This document shows positions 46,671-55,595 of a stretch of 64,000 nucleotides of DNA, in pieces; positions within the stretch are counted from its first letter, which is position 1, and every line of letters begins with the position of its first letter. A program made the translations under genes and the position numbers. Origin of the DNA: an uncultured Actinomycetes bacterium (GTDB lineage: Bacteria; Actinomycetota; Acidimicrobiia; Acidimicrobiales; CADCSY01); NCBI GenBank assembly GCA_963743945.1, contig CAVURO010000010.1, forward strand, positions 418,156-482,155. The letters run 5' to 3'. The notes under the pieces were generated by a model. That model saw only the letters and a program-made list of their open reading frames with translations. It did no database searches and had not been told where the DNA came from.

Positions 46671-47879
46671 TCAGGAAAGGCCCAGATCGCCGGGGGTGAG
46701 CTGCTCGTCGAGCAGACGGGCGAAGCGGGCGGGATCGCCGCCGACAAATCCTCGGCACAGGGGGAACCCCTCGACGTAGCACGTCATGTAGGCCCGCCAG
46801 ACGGGGTCGTTGAGGAAGGAGACCAGCTTCTCCGCACGGTTTCGGGGCATCAGCCCCCACTGCTGGGCATAGGACACGGCCTCGTCCACGGCGGCGCCCC
46901 GCTCGTGCAACAGGAGCGCGACGTTGCCCCGAACCCGGCCCAGGCCCTCGCCTGCCTCGGCAACCACTGTTGCGACCTCCTGATCGAACGGCACACCCTG
47001 GCTGCGGAGATGGCGTGCCAGCATGGTCATCTGTGCTTCGGCATGGGGTGACACGACGACCTCGAGGCCGAGATCGGCGAGGCCCTCGGCCATCAGGCAC
47101 TGGGGAGTTCCCACCAGGAAGATGGTCTCCTCCAGGAGATTGCGCCGCCGCACCAGGCCCACCTCCTTGCGGGTGTGCTCGGTGTGGTGGCCTGGATAGG
47201 CCTCATGAGCCATGAGGTGGGCCAAACCGGGGGCGAGCACCGGAAGATCGACGTTGACGGCAACCCGACTGCGCAGGTCGCCGAGGTAGTAGTTGAAGCC
47301 GGACCACGGACGGTCGGTCACCAACTCGATGTCGACCCGCTCACCGTCGGGAAGGCCGAAAAGACGGCCCGTGCGCTCACGCAGGTCGTCGCAGAGCGAG
47401 TGCAGCACCCCCGACAGGCGATCGACCGGGACCGCCTGGGCCTCGCGCCACGTCGTCAGGCGCTCGGCGACAGGTCCGCCGCCGGGCAAGGCCTCGTCAA
47501 GGCGGCTGTGCGCGGCGACCAGATCCTCCTCGTCGGTCCACCGCGGTCGAACGCCGTAACAGGTCTCAACCTCGTCCGCGTAACCGATGACGGCGCCCGC
47601 CAACCGCGCTGCCGTCGTGGAAAGCCCACGCACCTGGGCGCGGAGCCAATGCCGCCGCGCTGGATCCAGGCTGCTGCCGGCGGTGGGCTCGAGCTCACCA
47701 AGAAGGGCACGGGCCTCACGGGCAAGCTCAGCCGGGTCGACGAGCGACTCCCGCGCCACGACCCGGCGGTGCGCCTCCGGTCCGTAATAGGCGTCGACCA
47801 GCCCGTCGAGATGGCGTCCCAGCCGCAGCCCCAACAGCAGATACCGGTCGACCAGCGGCTCGTCGTGGGCATCCGGGAT
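46671..47879 (-). CDS. DUF885-like protein with HExxPGHH-type motif
   Basis: HEAYPGHHTEH motif. Start proposed at TTG 47879 (GGGAGGA, 4 nt, TTG; LADIPDAHDEP...). The tracked ORF continues spuriously to 48515. Confidence 0.65.
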   Translation of the reverse strand: MPDAHDEPLVDRYLLLGLRLGRHLDGLVDAYYGPEAHRRVVARESLVDPAELAREARALLGELEPTAGSSLDPARRHWLRAQVRGLSTTAARLAGAVIGYADEVETCYGVRPRWTDEEDLVAAHSRLDEALPGGGPVAERLTTWREAQAVPVDRLSGVLHSLCDDLRERTGRLFGLPDGERVDIELVTDRPWSGFNYYLGDLRSRVAVNVDLPVLAPGLAHLMAHEAYPGHHTEHTRKEVGLVRRRNLLEETIFLVGTPQCLMAEGLADLGLEVVVSPHAEAQMTMLARHLRSQGVPFDQEVATVVAEAGEGLGRVRGNVALLLHERGAAVDEAVSYAQQWGLMPRNRAEKLVSFLNDPVWRAYMTCYVEGFPLCRGFVGGDPARFARLLDEQLTPGDLGLS

Positions 47880-47950
47880 GTCAGCCAAGCCGTCCTCCCT
47901 CGAGAGGCACAACCGATGAGCAGGCCACCATCGGATACCGGGTCGGTGGC

Positions 47951-48016
47951 GCCGAACGGCGCTGGGGAACGGGCGCCTGGGGAACGGGCGCATGGGGAAC
48001 GGGCGCATGGGCAACG
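47951..48016. repeat. 15-bp tandem repeat x3 plus partial flanking copies, intergenic
   Basis: ggggaacgggcgcct (47964-47978) and ggggaacgggcgcat (47979-47993 and 47994-48008), then gggcaacg. A degenerate copy lies at 47951-47963. Confidence 0.9.
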
Positions 48017-48091
48017 AATGGTCCGGCGCCCTACGGGTGGACCGGTCCGCTGAACCTCGGAGCCGGGCTGTTTGGGCCATGGACGCGCACC

Positions 48092-48739
48092 CTACCTCGG
48101 GTCGGCGCCGCCGGGGGCTCGAAGGCCCGGCAGCGCCGAAGGGATCAGGAGATCGGGCACCACGGAGCAATCCACTCGTTGGATGACCGACGGCATGGAG
48201 GCGACGCCGTCGGGGCCGATGACCAGCGTCGTTCGCTGACGTGGCAACACCGTCCATCCGCCGACGTCGTCGGCGGCCGAACGCACGACCTGCCAGTAGC
48301 GTTCGGGAACCGCTCGTCCCCATGGAAGGACGACGGCGAGCATCGAGTCGAGCCCCACCGGGTCGCCGATGCCCCACCTTTCGTGGTCGGACACGAGGAA
48401 CCCGTCCGGTCCTCCGGCAGCCGCCTCGATCACCGGATCGCCCTCGTGGTGGGCACCATACGCTCGGACGTGCACCATGGTGTCGTCCTCGTCGATCTCC
48501 TCGATCACCCGCCATGCCTCACGAGCCGGGTCGCCCGCCTGGAGCAGGCGGGAACACAACGTCCACATCGCACCGGCCTCGCCATGGTGGGCGAGCAGAC
48601 GCCTCGCGGCCAACACCAGGCCGCGCTCGTCACCCGAGGCGGCCAGATCGGCCAGGGCGACTGCCGCCTCCTGGACGAGCAGCGATTGATCAACGCCACG
48701 AGCCCGTGCCACTGCTCGGAGACGCTCGACGGGATGCAC
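48092..48739 (-). CDS. hypothetical protein
   Basis: GC3-rich ORF. Start uncertain (GTG 48739 proposed so that it does not overlap the divergent gene). No family recognised. Confidence 0.45.
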   Translation of the reverse strand: MHPVERLRAVARARGVDQSLLVQEAAVALADLAASGDERGLVLAARRLLAHHGEAGAMWTLCSRLLQAGDPAREAWRVIEEIDEDDTMVHVRAYGAHHEGDPVIEAAAGGPDGFLVSDHERWGIGDPVGLDSMLAVVLPWGRAVPERYWQVVRSAADDVGGWTVLPRQRTTLVIGPDGVASMPSVIQRVDCSVVPDLLIPSALPGLRAPGGADPR

Positions 48740-48779
48740 ACCCAGACCATGCCACAGCTCAAAACTTCCCGGTAGGGCC

Positions 48780-49292
48780 GTGGGCGCGATACGTTCTCCC
48801 GTCGTGGTCAACGATGCCCCCGCTGATTTGGCGCTTACTCCGATCAATGGTGACGCAACCACGCTCCAGCAGTGGTTGACGACCTTCCATCTGGTGGTGG
48901 TCGTGCTCGACCCCTACACCCATGAGAGCGCCTGGCTGCTCCCGACGGTGGCACGAACCCTGCGGGTGTACGCCGATGCGGACTGCCGTGTGGCGCTGGT
49001 GGTGGCGGGCTCCCCCGACGAGACCCGCCAGTTCCTCGGGCCCTATGCCCAGGAGTTCCTGACCTTCGCCGACCCGGACCGCCTGGTGGTCAAGGGTCTC
49101 GAGCTGACGAACCTGCCGGCGATCGTCCACATCCGACAGGACCTCAGCATCGCCGGATCCGCCGAGGGCTGGCAGCCTGCCGAATGGCGTCAGGTGACCG
49201 AGTCGCTCTCGGAGTCGATGCGATGGAGCAAGCCCCTCATCCCGGGACCACGCGACCCGGCTCCGTTCGAGGGTTCTGCGGCACGATCCTGA
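48780..49292 (+). CDS. hypothetical protein, possibly thioredoxin-like fold without CxxC
   Basis: 170 aa with a GTG start. Pattern of alternating beta/alpha segments (HLVVVVLDP...RVALVVAG...LPAIVHI). No catalytic Cys pair. Confidence 0.5.
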   Translation: MGAIRSPVVVNDAPADLALTPINGDATTLQQWLTTFHLVVVVLDPYTHESAWLLPTVARTLRVYADADCRVALVVAGSPDETRQFLGPYAQEFLTFADPDRLVVKGLELTNLPAIVHIRQDLSIAGSAEGWQPAEWRQVTESLSESMRWSKPLIPGPRDPAPFEGSAARS

Positions 49293-49480
49293 GCGCTGGG
49301 CCGTAGCGGGAAGCTACCTGCACGAAATGGTGAAGGACCCCGAAGTGAAGATGTCCGAACGACGATCGGCGCTCGAAACACAACTCGCCGAAGCCATCGA
49401 CGTGTGGGTCTCACACTCCGCACCGCGTCAGGCAAGTACCTCGGCGGCAGCGAGCACACCCGGCTAGTTTGAGACGGCCG

Positions 49481-50250
49481 CTACGGGATGGTGAACTCGC
49501 GGATGACGGCCCCCTCGATCAGCTCAGGGAGTGTCGTGTCCGACCGGGCCACCTTGCCAGCCTTGAATACGTCGACGGCGAACCATAGCGGCATTTTCCG
49601 CTCTGCGTCGTTCTTACCAAGATGGACTTTTCCACGACGTATACCCATCTCCAGAAGCTCGGTGATCCCGACGGCTACTGCTGACCAGAGTCGCGGCAAC
49701 TCGTCGTCGGGCAGACGGATCAGATCGATTCCATCGACAAGCCCGCCGACGTACTGCAGGTACTCGTCGCCCTCGGCTCGGACACCACGTCCGGCGTCGT
49801 GTTGCGAGCGACCTCGCTCGGACTCGGCGAGCTTCGACCGGTCGTCAGCGCACTACGCCGACGACGCCGACCACGTCATCAGAGCGCAGCGGGCTGGTCT
49901 TGAGCGTGACGTGCTCGTTGGTGCGCAGGTCGTAGACCCAGGTCTCTTTGTGCAGGGTCGGCAGCGGCGGCGGCCTTCGCCCTGTCGGACCAGCGCAGCC
50001 ATCGTAGATCGACGGTCACCACGAACCGCGTCAGATCGGGAGCCTGGTAGCAGCGCAGGACGCATACACTCGGCGAAGATGACCGAGCTCCGTTCGGAAC
50101 AAGCGAGGCCATCTTAGATCCTCGGGGTCGTGCTCGACGCACGGTCGTTCCTCGCGATCTTCCTGGGGCTCACGAGGGGACTCATTCCAACTGGTTGCTC
50201 ACTTTCATCGGCCGTCGGGGTGATGTGCTTGAGGAGAAGGGCGGTGCCGG
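49481..50250 (-). pseudogene. hsdM: relic of the C-terminal half of a type I restriction-modification methylase (hsdM), multiply frameshifted and 5'-truncated
   Basis: On the minus strand, in three frames separated by stops: LLLKHI / HPDGR / LFRTELGHLRRVYASCAATRLPI / TLHKETWVYDLRTNEHVTLKTSPL. This parallels (from memory) EcoKI HsdM FLQHII..LHPGGR...LFEGG.G..IRR.L...C.LHTILRLP...DVWVYDLRTN. Locally lower GC. Confidence 0.6.
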
Positions 50251-50341
50251 ATCGGACGGGCGCCTTCCGCCGGATCCCGCCGGCCGAGGCCGACCTTGGG
50301 CGGCGCGCCCCGCCGACGTCGGCGGCTGCGGAGGTGATCTC

Positions 50342-50477
50342 CCGTACGATCGTGCGGATCAGGCGCCGGTTCCGAGAGATCGGGTTGGATTGGAACAGTT
50401 TCCGCACGATCGTGCGGAAACTGCGCATCGTAGGAGATTCGAACGGCTATTCTCGTTGTACCCGCACGATCGTGCGG
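50342..50477. promoter_or_regulatory. three 16-bp palindromes phased at exactly 60 bp (candidate HipB operators)
   Basis: ccgtacgatcgtgcgg (50342-50357) and ccgcacgatcgtgcgg (50402-50417 and 50462-50477). The last is 70 nt upstream of the hipB ATG. RBS aaggagg at 50531-50537. Confidence 0.7.
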
Positions 50478-50546
50478 TCCGGTATTGAGGAGCGATGTGC
50501 GGATCAGCGCATCGTTCGCGGCGGACGGAGAAGGAGGTGGAACGCG

Positions 50547-50846
50547 ATGGCGGGTGACGATCGAGGAGATCCGCGGCTCGACCCGCTGGCGGCAGCGGTG
50601 CGGGCCCGTCGGCGCGCGCTCGCGCTCCGTCAGGGCGAAGTAGCCGACCTGGCCGGCTGCTCGGAACGTTTCGTCTACACCCTCGAGCGGGCCAAGGGAT
50701 CGCTGCGACTCGACAAAGTGCTCGATGTGCTCGGCGTGCTCGGTCTGGGCCTCGAGATAGGGGTCGGCACCCCCGGCGTCGTACCGCGAGCCGGCGGCGC
50801 CCGCGCCACAAGTGGGCGCGATACGGAGCCGGACCGCTCGCGATGA
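50547..50846 (+). CDS. hipB: XRE-type HTH antitoxin HipB
   Basis: RRRALALRQGEVADLAGCSERFVYTLERAKGSLRLDKVLDVLGVLGL is an HTH. ATGA overlap with hipA. Start at ATG 50547 within tracked ORF 50130..50846. Confidence 0.8.
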   Translation: MAGDDRGDPRLDPLAAAVRARRRALALRQGEVADLAGCSERFVYTLERAKGSLRLDKVLDVLGVLGLGLEIGVGTPGVVPRAGGARATSGRDTEPDRSR

Positions 50847-52075
50847 GTCCACCTGCCCCCGAGGAGCTTCGATTCATCGGTGAGGGGTCGGTGTTCAAGG
50901 CCGGTCGGCTCGCCGGTCGACTCGTACGTGAACCCGTCGGGGTTCGCTTCGAGTACGTCGAGGACTATCTCGCCGACCCCACCGCGCGGGCCGTGGCCAC
51001 GACGCTTCCGCTCAGCGCCGCGCCGGTCCGAACCGGCAGCGCGGGCGCAGTGCCCCCGTTCTTCGCGGGCCTGCTCCCCGAAGGACGCCGGTTGAGCGCA
51101 CTGCGACGGGCGGTGAAGACATCAGCTGACGACGACCTCACCCTGCTGCTGGCCGTCGGCTCTGACACGATCGGCGATGTCCAAGTGGTACCGACCGGCG
51201 AGGTTCCCGCCTCGACGCCAAGTGCGGTCACCGTCGGCGACTGGTCGGACGTGAGCTTCGACAGGTTGTACACCGAGTTGACCGGCGAACTCCTTGCCCC
51301 CGAGCGTGCCGCAATTTCCGGCGTGCAGACCAAGGCTTCGGCCCGGATGATCTCCTTGCCGGTGCGTCGAGCCCACGAGCGGTACCTCCTCAAGTTGGAC
51401 CCGCCTGAGTTCCCCCACCTCGTCGCGAACGAGGCGTTCTTCCTGGCCGCTGCTCGAGCGTCGGGTCTCGCAGCCGCCCACGCCGAGGTCGTCGCCGACG
51501 GCAATGGCCGCCACGGGCTCCTCGTGCGCCGGTTCGACCGTGTCGCGCCCGGCGACGCCTCGGGGTCGTCGATGCTTGCCCAAGAGGACGCCTGCCAGGT
51601 GCTCGGCCGGTATCCCGCGGACAAGTACAACATCGACGCCGCGGAGATCGTGCGTGGACTCGCCGCGGTCACCTCCGCGCCGGTCGTCACGGCACGCGAC
51701 GTGATCCGCCAACTCGCGTTCGCGTACCTCACTTGCAACGGCGACGCTCACGCGAAGAACTTCTCCGTGCTGTCCGACGCTTCGGGTGAATGGCGCGTCA
51801 GCCCCGCCTACGACCTGCCGTCGTCGTACCCGTACGGCGACCACACGACCGCGCTGTCCATCGGCGGCAAGACGGACGAGCGGATCGGCCGGTCCGACTT
51901 CGTGACGTTGGGAGAGGCCGTAGCCGTCCGTGCACGTGCCACCGAGAGCGTCCTCACCGATCTCGTCGACCGCTGCGACGAGTGGTTGTCCCGGCTCGAC
52001 GACCTGCCGTTCGACTCCCGTACGCTCCACAAGCTGCGACGCGCGATCGAGTACCGACGCGAACGTCTGCGCTGA
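50843..52075 (+). CDS. hipA: HipA family serine/threonine kinase toxin
   Basis: 410 aa. N-terminal PPFFAGLLPEGRR...IGDVQV. C-terminal catalytic NGDAHAKNFSVL and SPAYDLPSS. Confidence 0.88.
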   Translation: MSPPAPEELRFIGEGSVFKAGRLAGRLVREPVGVRFEYVEDYLADPTARAVATTLPLSAAPVRTGSAGAVPPFFAGLLPEGRRLSALRRAVKTSADDDLTLLLAVGSDTIGDVQVVPTGEVPASTPSAVTVGDWSDVSFDRLYTELTGELLAPERAAISGVQTKASARMISLPVRRAHERYLLKLDPPEFPHLVANEAFFLAAARASGLAAAHAEVVADGNGRHGLLVRRFDRVAPGDASGSSMLAQEDACQVLGRYPADKYNIDAAEIVRGLAAVTSAPVVTARDVIRQLAFAYLTCNGDAHAKNFSVLSDASGEWRVSPAYDLPSSYPYGDHTTALSIGGKTDERIGRSDFVTLGEAVAVRARATESVLTDLVDRCDEWLSRLDDLPFDSRTLHKLRRAIEYRRERLR

Positions 52076-52192
52076 GCGCTGCCGACGCGGACACGTATCG
52101 CGAATCGACCACCTCAACGGTGGTTCCTGACCTACGCTCCCAGGTGGACGGTTCCCGGGAGGGTTCGGTCGACTCGTGACGAACTATTTGCT

Positions 52193-52221
52193 TTGCAAAC
52201 ATGATTTTTGTCACATATCGT
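52193..52221 (+). promoter_or_regulatory. candidate sigma70-type promoter of the four-gene operon
   Basis: TTGCAA (52193-52198), 17 nt, then TATCGT (52216-52221) in the most AT-rich stretch of this part of the window. Flanked by small inverted repeats tttgc-ttt-gcaaa and gtcac-atatc-gtgac. Confidence 0.45.
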
Positions 52222-52314
52222 GACGTGGCCGGCCGCACACCTGGGAAGCGTGCGTCGGCGCCCGGAACACGCCGAGACACTGGGGTGATCGATCCAACTT
52301 CGAAGGGGCCATGC

Positions 52315-53178
52315 ATGGACAACGGCAGTCTGAAGCAGAGCACGGTCAAGGGGCGGGACCTTCAGGAGCTCGTGGTCTCCGATCCCATCGCCCACAGCAA
52401 GGGTTACGACTACCACTTGCTCGAGATCGCGACCATCGACTTCACCAGGCCCCATCCGATCATCGAGCAGTGCGTTGCCCTCGAGCACGAGAGCTGGAAA
52501 CCCCAGGAGGACTTCCTGGCCTACATCGCCAAGCGCGACCTTCTGGCCTACGTGACGTTCAAGGGCAAGGTCGTCGGCTTCCTCGTCATCACGGTTTGGC
52601 TCAACGGCGACTACGGCGTCGTGAGCGTCGACGAGGCCATGATCTCGAAGGACCAACGGGGCAACGGCCTGGCGCTCAAGCTGGTCTGGTTCCTGTGCCA
52701 CCTCCTGGTGGTCCGCCTTCTCGGCAACCGCGATGTCAAGCGGGCCGTCCTGCTCGGCCTCACGGTCAGCCCCGTCGCCATCCAGGCCACGTATCGTTAT
52801 CGCCGGATCTTTCGGAACAACTCGTTCAAGCCAAATGAGCAGCTGACGGATATCGCCTGGCAGTACCTGAAGAAGTACGACTACGAGGCACTCGATCCGA
52901 CCAGGCCGTGGTTCGTCAAAGGCGCCTTTCCCGGTTCCTCGAAGTGGAAGCCCACGCTGCGCAAGGGCAGGGACAGGGCAATCGTCCCCACGAACTTCGA
53001 CTGCCACGACCGCGGGGACGCCTTCTTGTTCATGGGAGCCGCCTCCCGGCGCTTCGGGACGGTGGTGACGACCGTCCGATCCATCCCGTGGTTCGGGTGG
53101 AGAATCATGAAGGGCTACGACTTCACCGTTCCACTTCGACGCGTGGAGTCGACGAGCCTGATCTCCGAACGAGATTGA
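52315..53178 (+). CDS. GNAT-like acyltransferase-fold protein with unassigned C-terminal half
   Basis: Start at ATG 52315 (MDNGSLKQ) with RBS GAAGGGG 5 nt upstream. VVGFLVITVW...GVVSVDEAMISKDQRGNGLALKL resembles GNAT motif A (Q/R-x-x-G-x-G/A). The C-terminal ~150 aa match no family I recognise. Confidence 0.6.
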   Translation: MDNGSLKQSTVKGRDLQELVVSDPIAHSKGYDYHLLEIATIDFTRPHPIIEQCVALEHESWKPQEDFLAYIAKRDLLAYVTFKGKVVGFLVITVWLNGDYGVVSVDEAMISKDQRGNGLALKLVWFLCHLLVVRLLGNRDVKRAVLLGLTVSPVAIQATYRYRRIFRNNSFKPNEQLTDIAWQYLKKYDYEALDPTRPWFVKGAFPGSSKWKPTLRKGRDRAIVPTNFDCHDRGDAFLFMGAASRRFGTVVTTVRSIPWFGWRIMKGYDFTVPLRRVESTSLISERD

Positions 53179-53184
53179 TCACCC

Positions 53185-54495
53185 GTGCGGCTGCTCGACT
53201 ACCGCCACTACCCGTACGGAGCGTTCGATACGCACCTGCACGCTCATCTTCCTGCACCCTTGCAGCAGAGGGTGGTCGAGCGCCGGCTGCGCAAGGTCGT
53301 CCGCGACGCGTACCGAAACGTTCCGTTCTACCGCTCCGGCTTCGACCGCGCCGGGCTGAACCCCGCGCATTTCCGAGGCTCCGCTGATCTCGCGCTGCTC
53401 CCGTTTCTCACGAAGGCGGACGTCCAGAAGCACTTCCCGAACGGTTTGGTGGCCAGGGGGACAAACCTTGATCGATGCGTGCATTCCGCAACGACAGGTT
53501 CGAGCGGCGTGGCGACCAACTTCGTCTTCACGCCGAAGACCTATGCCTACTATCACGCCACCAGCTTCAAGGTGTACACGATGGTGGGTTATCGCCCATG
53601 GCATCGGGCGACCTACATCAAGTACACCGCCGTCCCCGCTCCGAATCTCGGTCCCATCTTCCGTGTCGGTCATATCCCATCGCTGGTTCCCGTCGAGGAG
53701 CACATCGAGGCGTTGCGCCGACAACGACCCGATCTTCTGGTGGGCTATGCGTCACTGGTCCTCGACGTGGCCCGCAACGTCACCGAGGACGACCTGCGGG
53801 TCATCAAGCCTCGATTCATCTCGGTCAACTCCGAGCTCTCGACCCAAGCCCAGCGCGACGAGATCGCCGCCGTCTTCCAGTGCCCCGTCTACGACGAGTA
53901 TTCGTCCGAGGAGACCTGGATGATCGCCTCGCAATGCCGTGAGCATCGATACCACCTCTTCACCAACAATGTCTGGGTTGAGTTCCTCGATGCCGACGGA
54001 AGCGAGGTGCCCGCCGGCGAGGTCGGCGAGATCGTGCTCACGACGCTTCAGAGCCCGGCGATGCCCTTCATTCGCTACCGAATCGGTGATCTCGGACGCG
54101 CCGGAACGGAGCCGTGCCCCTGCGGCAGCACCCTTCCGGTGCTGGCATCCTTCGAGGGCCGCGCCGATGACGCCTTCGTGCTCACAGGGGGCGATCGTGT
54201 CCCCTCGCTGAAGCTTCTCAACGTCTTCACGACCTTCATCAAGGCTGATGGCGATTTCATCCGTGAGTTCAAGCTGGTGCAAACCGATCTCGCCAAGGCA
54301 ACCGTTCACCTTGTGGCAGGGCCCCACTACTCCACCGAACAGGCTGATGCCCTCCTTCGCAAGCTCCAGTCGCTGCTTCCGGAGCCCGTCACCTTCACGA
54401 TCGATCTCGCCGACCGCCTGGACGCAGGGGGCATCAAGCACAAGGCGATCGAATCCCTCGTGAAGCCGACCGGGTCAAGGGAGCCGGCCCGATGA
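53185..54495 (+). CDS. PaaK / coenzyme F390 synthetase-like adenylate-forming enzyme
   Basis: 436 aa with a GTG start 6 nt after the preceding stop. VPFYR, SATTGSSG (P-loop-like A3), YDEYSSEE (A5), RYRIGDL (A8) and CPCGS are typical of phenylacetate-CoA-ligase-like enzymes. Confidence 0.8.
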   Translation: MRLLDYRHYPYGAFDTHLHAHLPAPLQQRVVERRLRKVVRDAYRNVPFYRSGFDRAGLNPAHFRGSADLALLPFLTKADVQKHFPNGLVARGTNLDRCVHSATTGSSGVATNFVFTPKTYAYYHATSFKVYTMVGYRPWHRATYIKYTAVPAPNLGPIFRVGHIPSLVPVEEHIEALRRQRPDLLVGYASLVLDVARNVTEDDLRVIKPRFISVNSELSTQAQRDEIAAVFQCPVYDEYSSEETWMIASQCREHRYHLFTNNVWVEFLDADGSEVPAGEVGEIVLTTLQSPAMPFIRYRIGDLGRAGTEPCPCGSTLPVLASFEGRADDAFVLTGGDRVPSLKLLNVFTTFIKADGDFIREFKLVQTDLAKATVHLVAGPHYSTEQADALLRKLQSLLPEPVTFTIDLADRLDAGGIKHKAIESLVKPTGSREPAR

Positions 54496-55595
54496 CCGGT
54501 CTCGGCGAGCCCCGAGCCGCCGGCACCTGGCGTCGCTACGCGCCATGGGTCGTCGGCATCGTGATGCTGATCGGTCTCGTCGTCGTCGTTGACCTCGACG
54601 AGGTCATCGACGCCTTGAGGCGCGCCGATCTGGCTCGCTACGCACCCCTTGCCGTGGGGTTCATCCTCGTCTGGTTCCTCGTCGAGACCCACAATCTGGG
54701 GTCGCTGCTCAAACGCTTCGGACACCGACGACCCCTTTCCGAACTGGCCGCCGTACGCGCGTACACCTACCTGCTCATGGTGCTCAACTACAACCTCGGG
54801 GTGGGTGGGATCGCCCTCTATCTCCGTTCCACGGTCGGCATCCCAATGGTTGAGGCATCGAGCCTCATGCTCTTCTACATGTATGCCGAGGTTGCCTCGC
54901 TTGCGGCGATGTCCGTACTCGGTGCCGTCATCCTGCCGGGAGAGCCCCACGTCGGAAAGATCGCCCTGATCGCGGGCGGCTTCCTCATCGGGTCCACGGC
55001 CCTCATCGCAGGCTATCGTTCCTTCGGCGATCACCTCCCTCGACGGCTCGGACGACTGAGCCTCCTGGCAAGCTTTCGTGAGGCGTCACCCTCGACCGTT
55101 CTGATCATCATCGTCGGGCGAGGCGCCTACTTTCTCGCCTTCATCGCCTTCTTCTATCTGGCACTCCCGGCCTTCTCGGTCGAGGTGCCGTTCATGGCCC
55201 TTCTCGTCCTCGTGCCCACCATCTTCTTCATCGGCAACCTCCCGGTCAGTGCGGCCGGTCTGGGAACCATGCAGGCGGCCATGTTGTTCTTCTTCCGCTC
55301 CTACGGCTCCCAGAGCGACATTGCGGCGTTCAGCATCGTCTACAGCGGCACGTTGATCGTCCTGCGGCTGCCGCTCGGCCTCGTTGCCGCATGGCGCCAC
55401 GCCGGTCTGGTCTTCGGACCACGCAACGCATTCGCACAACCACCCATTGACCTGGGATCATCGTTCCACGAGGAAGACCTCCGCAGGGGGGAGCCTCACA
55501 GGGACGACCTCTGCTTGGGGACCTCCGCCGGGGGGAGCCTTGCAAGCGCACCGATTCTGACATCGCAACCCACGACTTCACGAGGAAATCCATGA
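54492..55595 (+). CDS. polytopic membrane protein resembling the lysyl-PG synthase TM / flippase-like (UPF0104) region
   Basis: 367 aa with ~8 predicted TM helices. N-terminal VVDLDEVIDALRRADL..., mid YNLGVGGIALYL and late IGNLPVSAAGLGTMQAA are reminiscent of PF03706-type proteins. ATGA overlap on both sides. Confidence 0.6.
   Translation: MTGLGEPRAAGTWRRYAPWVVGIVMLIGLVVVVDLDEVIDALRRADLARYAPLAVGFILVWFLVETHNLGSLLKRFGHRRPLSELAAVRAYTYLLMVLNYNLGVGGIALYLRSTVGIPMVEASSLMLFYMYAEVASLAAMSVLGAVILPGEPHVGKIALIAGGFLIGSTALIAGYRSFGDHLPRRLGRLSLLASFREASPSTVLIIIVGRGAYFLAFIAFFYLALPAFSVEVPFMALLVLVPTIFFIGNLPVSAAGLGTMQAAMLFFFRSYGSQSDIAAFSIVYSGTLIVLRLPLGLVAAWRHAGLVFGPRNAFAQPPIDLGSSFHEEDLRRGEPHRDDLCLGTSAGGSLASAPILTSQPTTSRGNP

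Noticed and set aside
47880-48515. N-terminal 212-codon extension of the DUF885-like ORF, including an MRPFPMRPFPRRPFP peptide repeat
   Set aside because: The extension is Arg/Pro/Gly noise and overlaps the neighbouring minus-strand ORF. A good RBS plus TTG exists at 47879. The peptide repeat is simply the 15-bp DNA tandem repeat read in frame.
49327-49467. 46-codon plus-strand ORF (MVKDPEVKMSERRSALETQLAEAIDVW...) between the Trx-like gene and the hsdM relic. A 9-bp inverted repeat ccgtagcgg/ccgctacgg flanks it (49303 and 49479)
   Set aside because: The ORF is too short, has no RBS or family signal, and may be more R-M debris. The 9-bp inverted repeat is within chance expectation.
50252-50300. 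APPF tetrapeptide in one minus-strand frame, as a possible NPPF (motif IV) of the hsdM relic
   Set aside because: It overlaps the LLLKHI block in another frame, whereas in real HsdM motif IV lies ~45 residues upstream. It is most likely coincidence.
52107-52125. Weak hairpin gaccacc-tcaac-ggtggtt after hipA, as a possible terminator
   Set aside because: It has only a 7-bp stem with a G-U pair and no convincing U tract, so it cannot be supported as a terminator from sequence alone.
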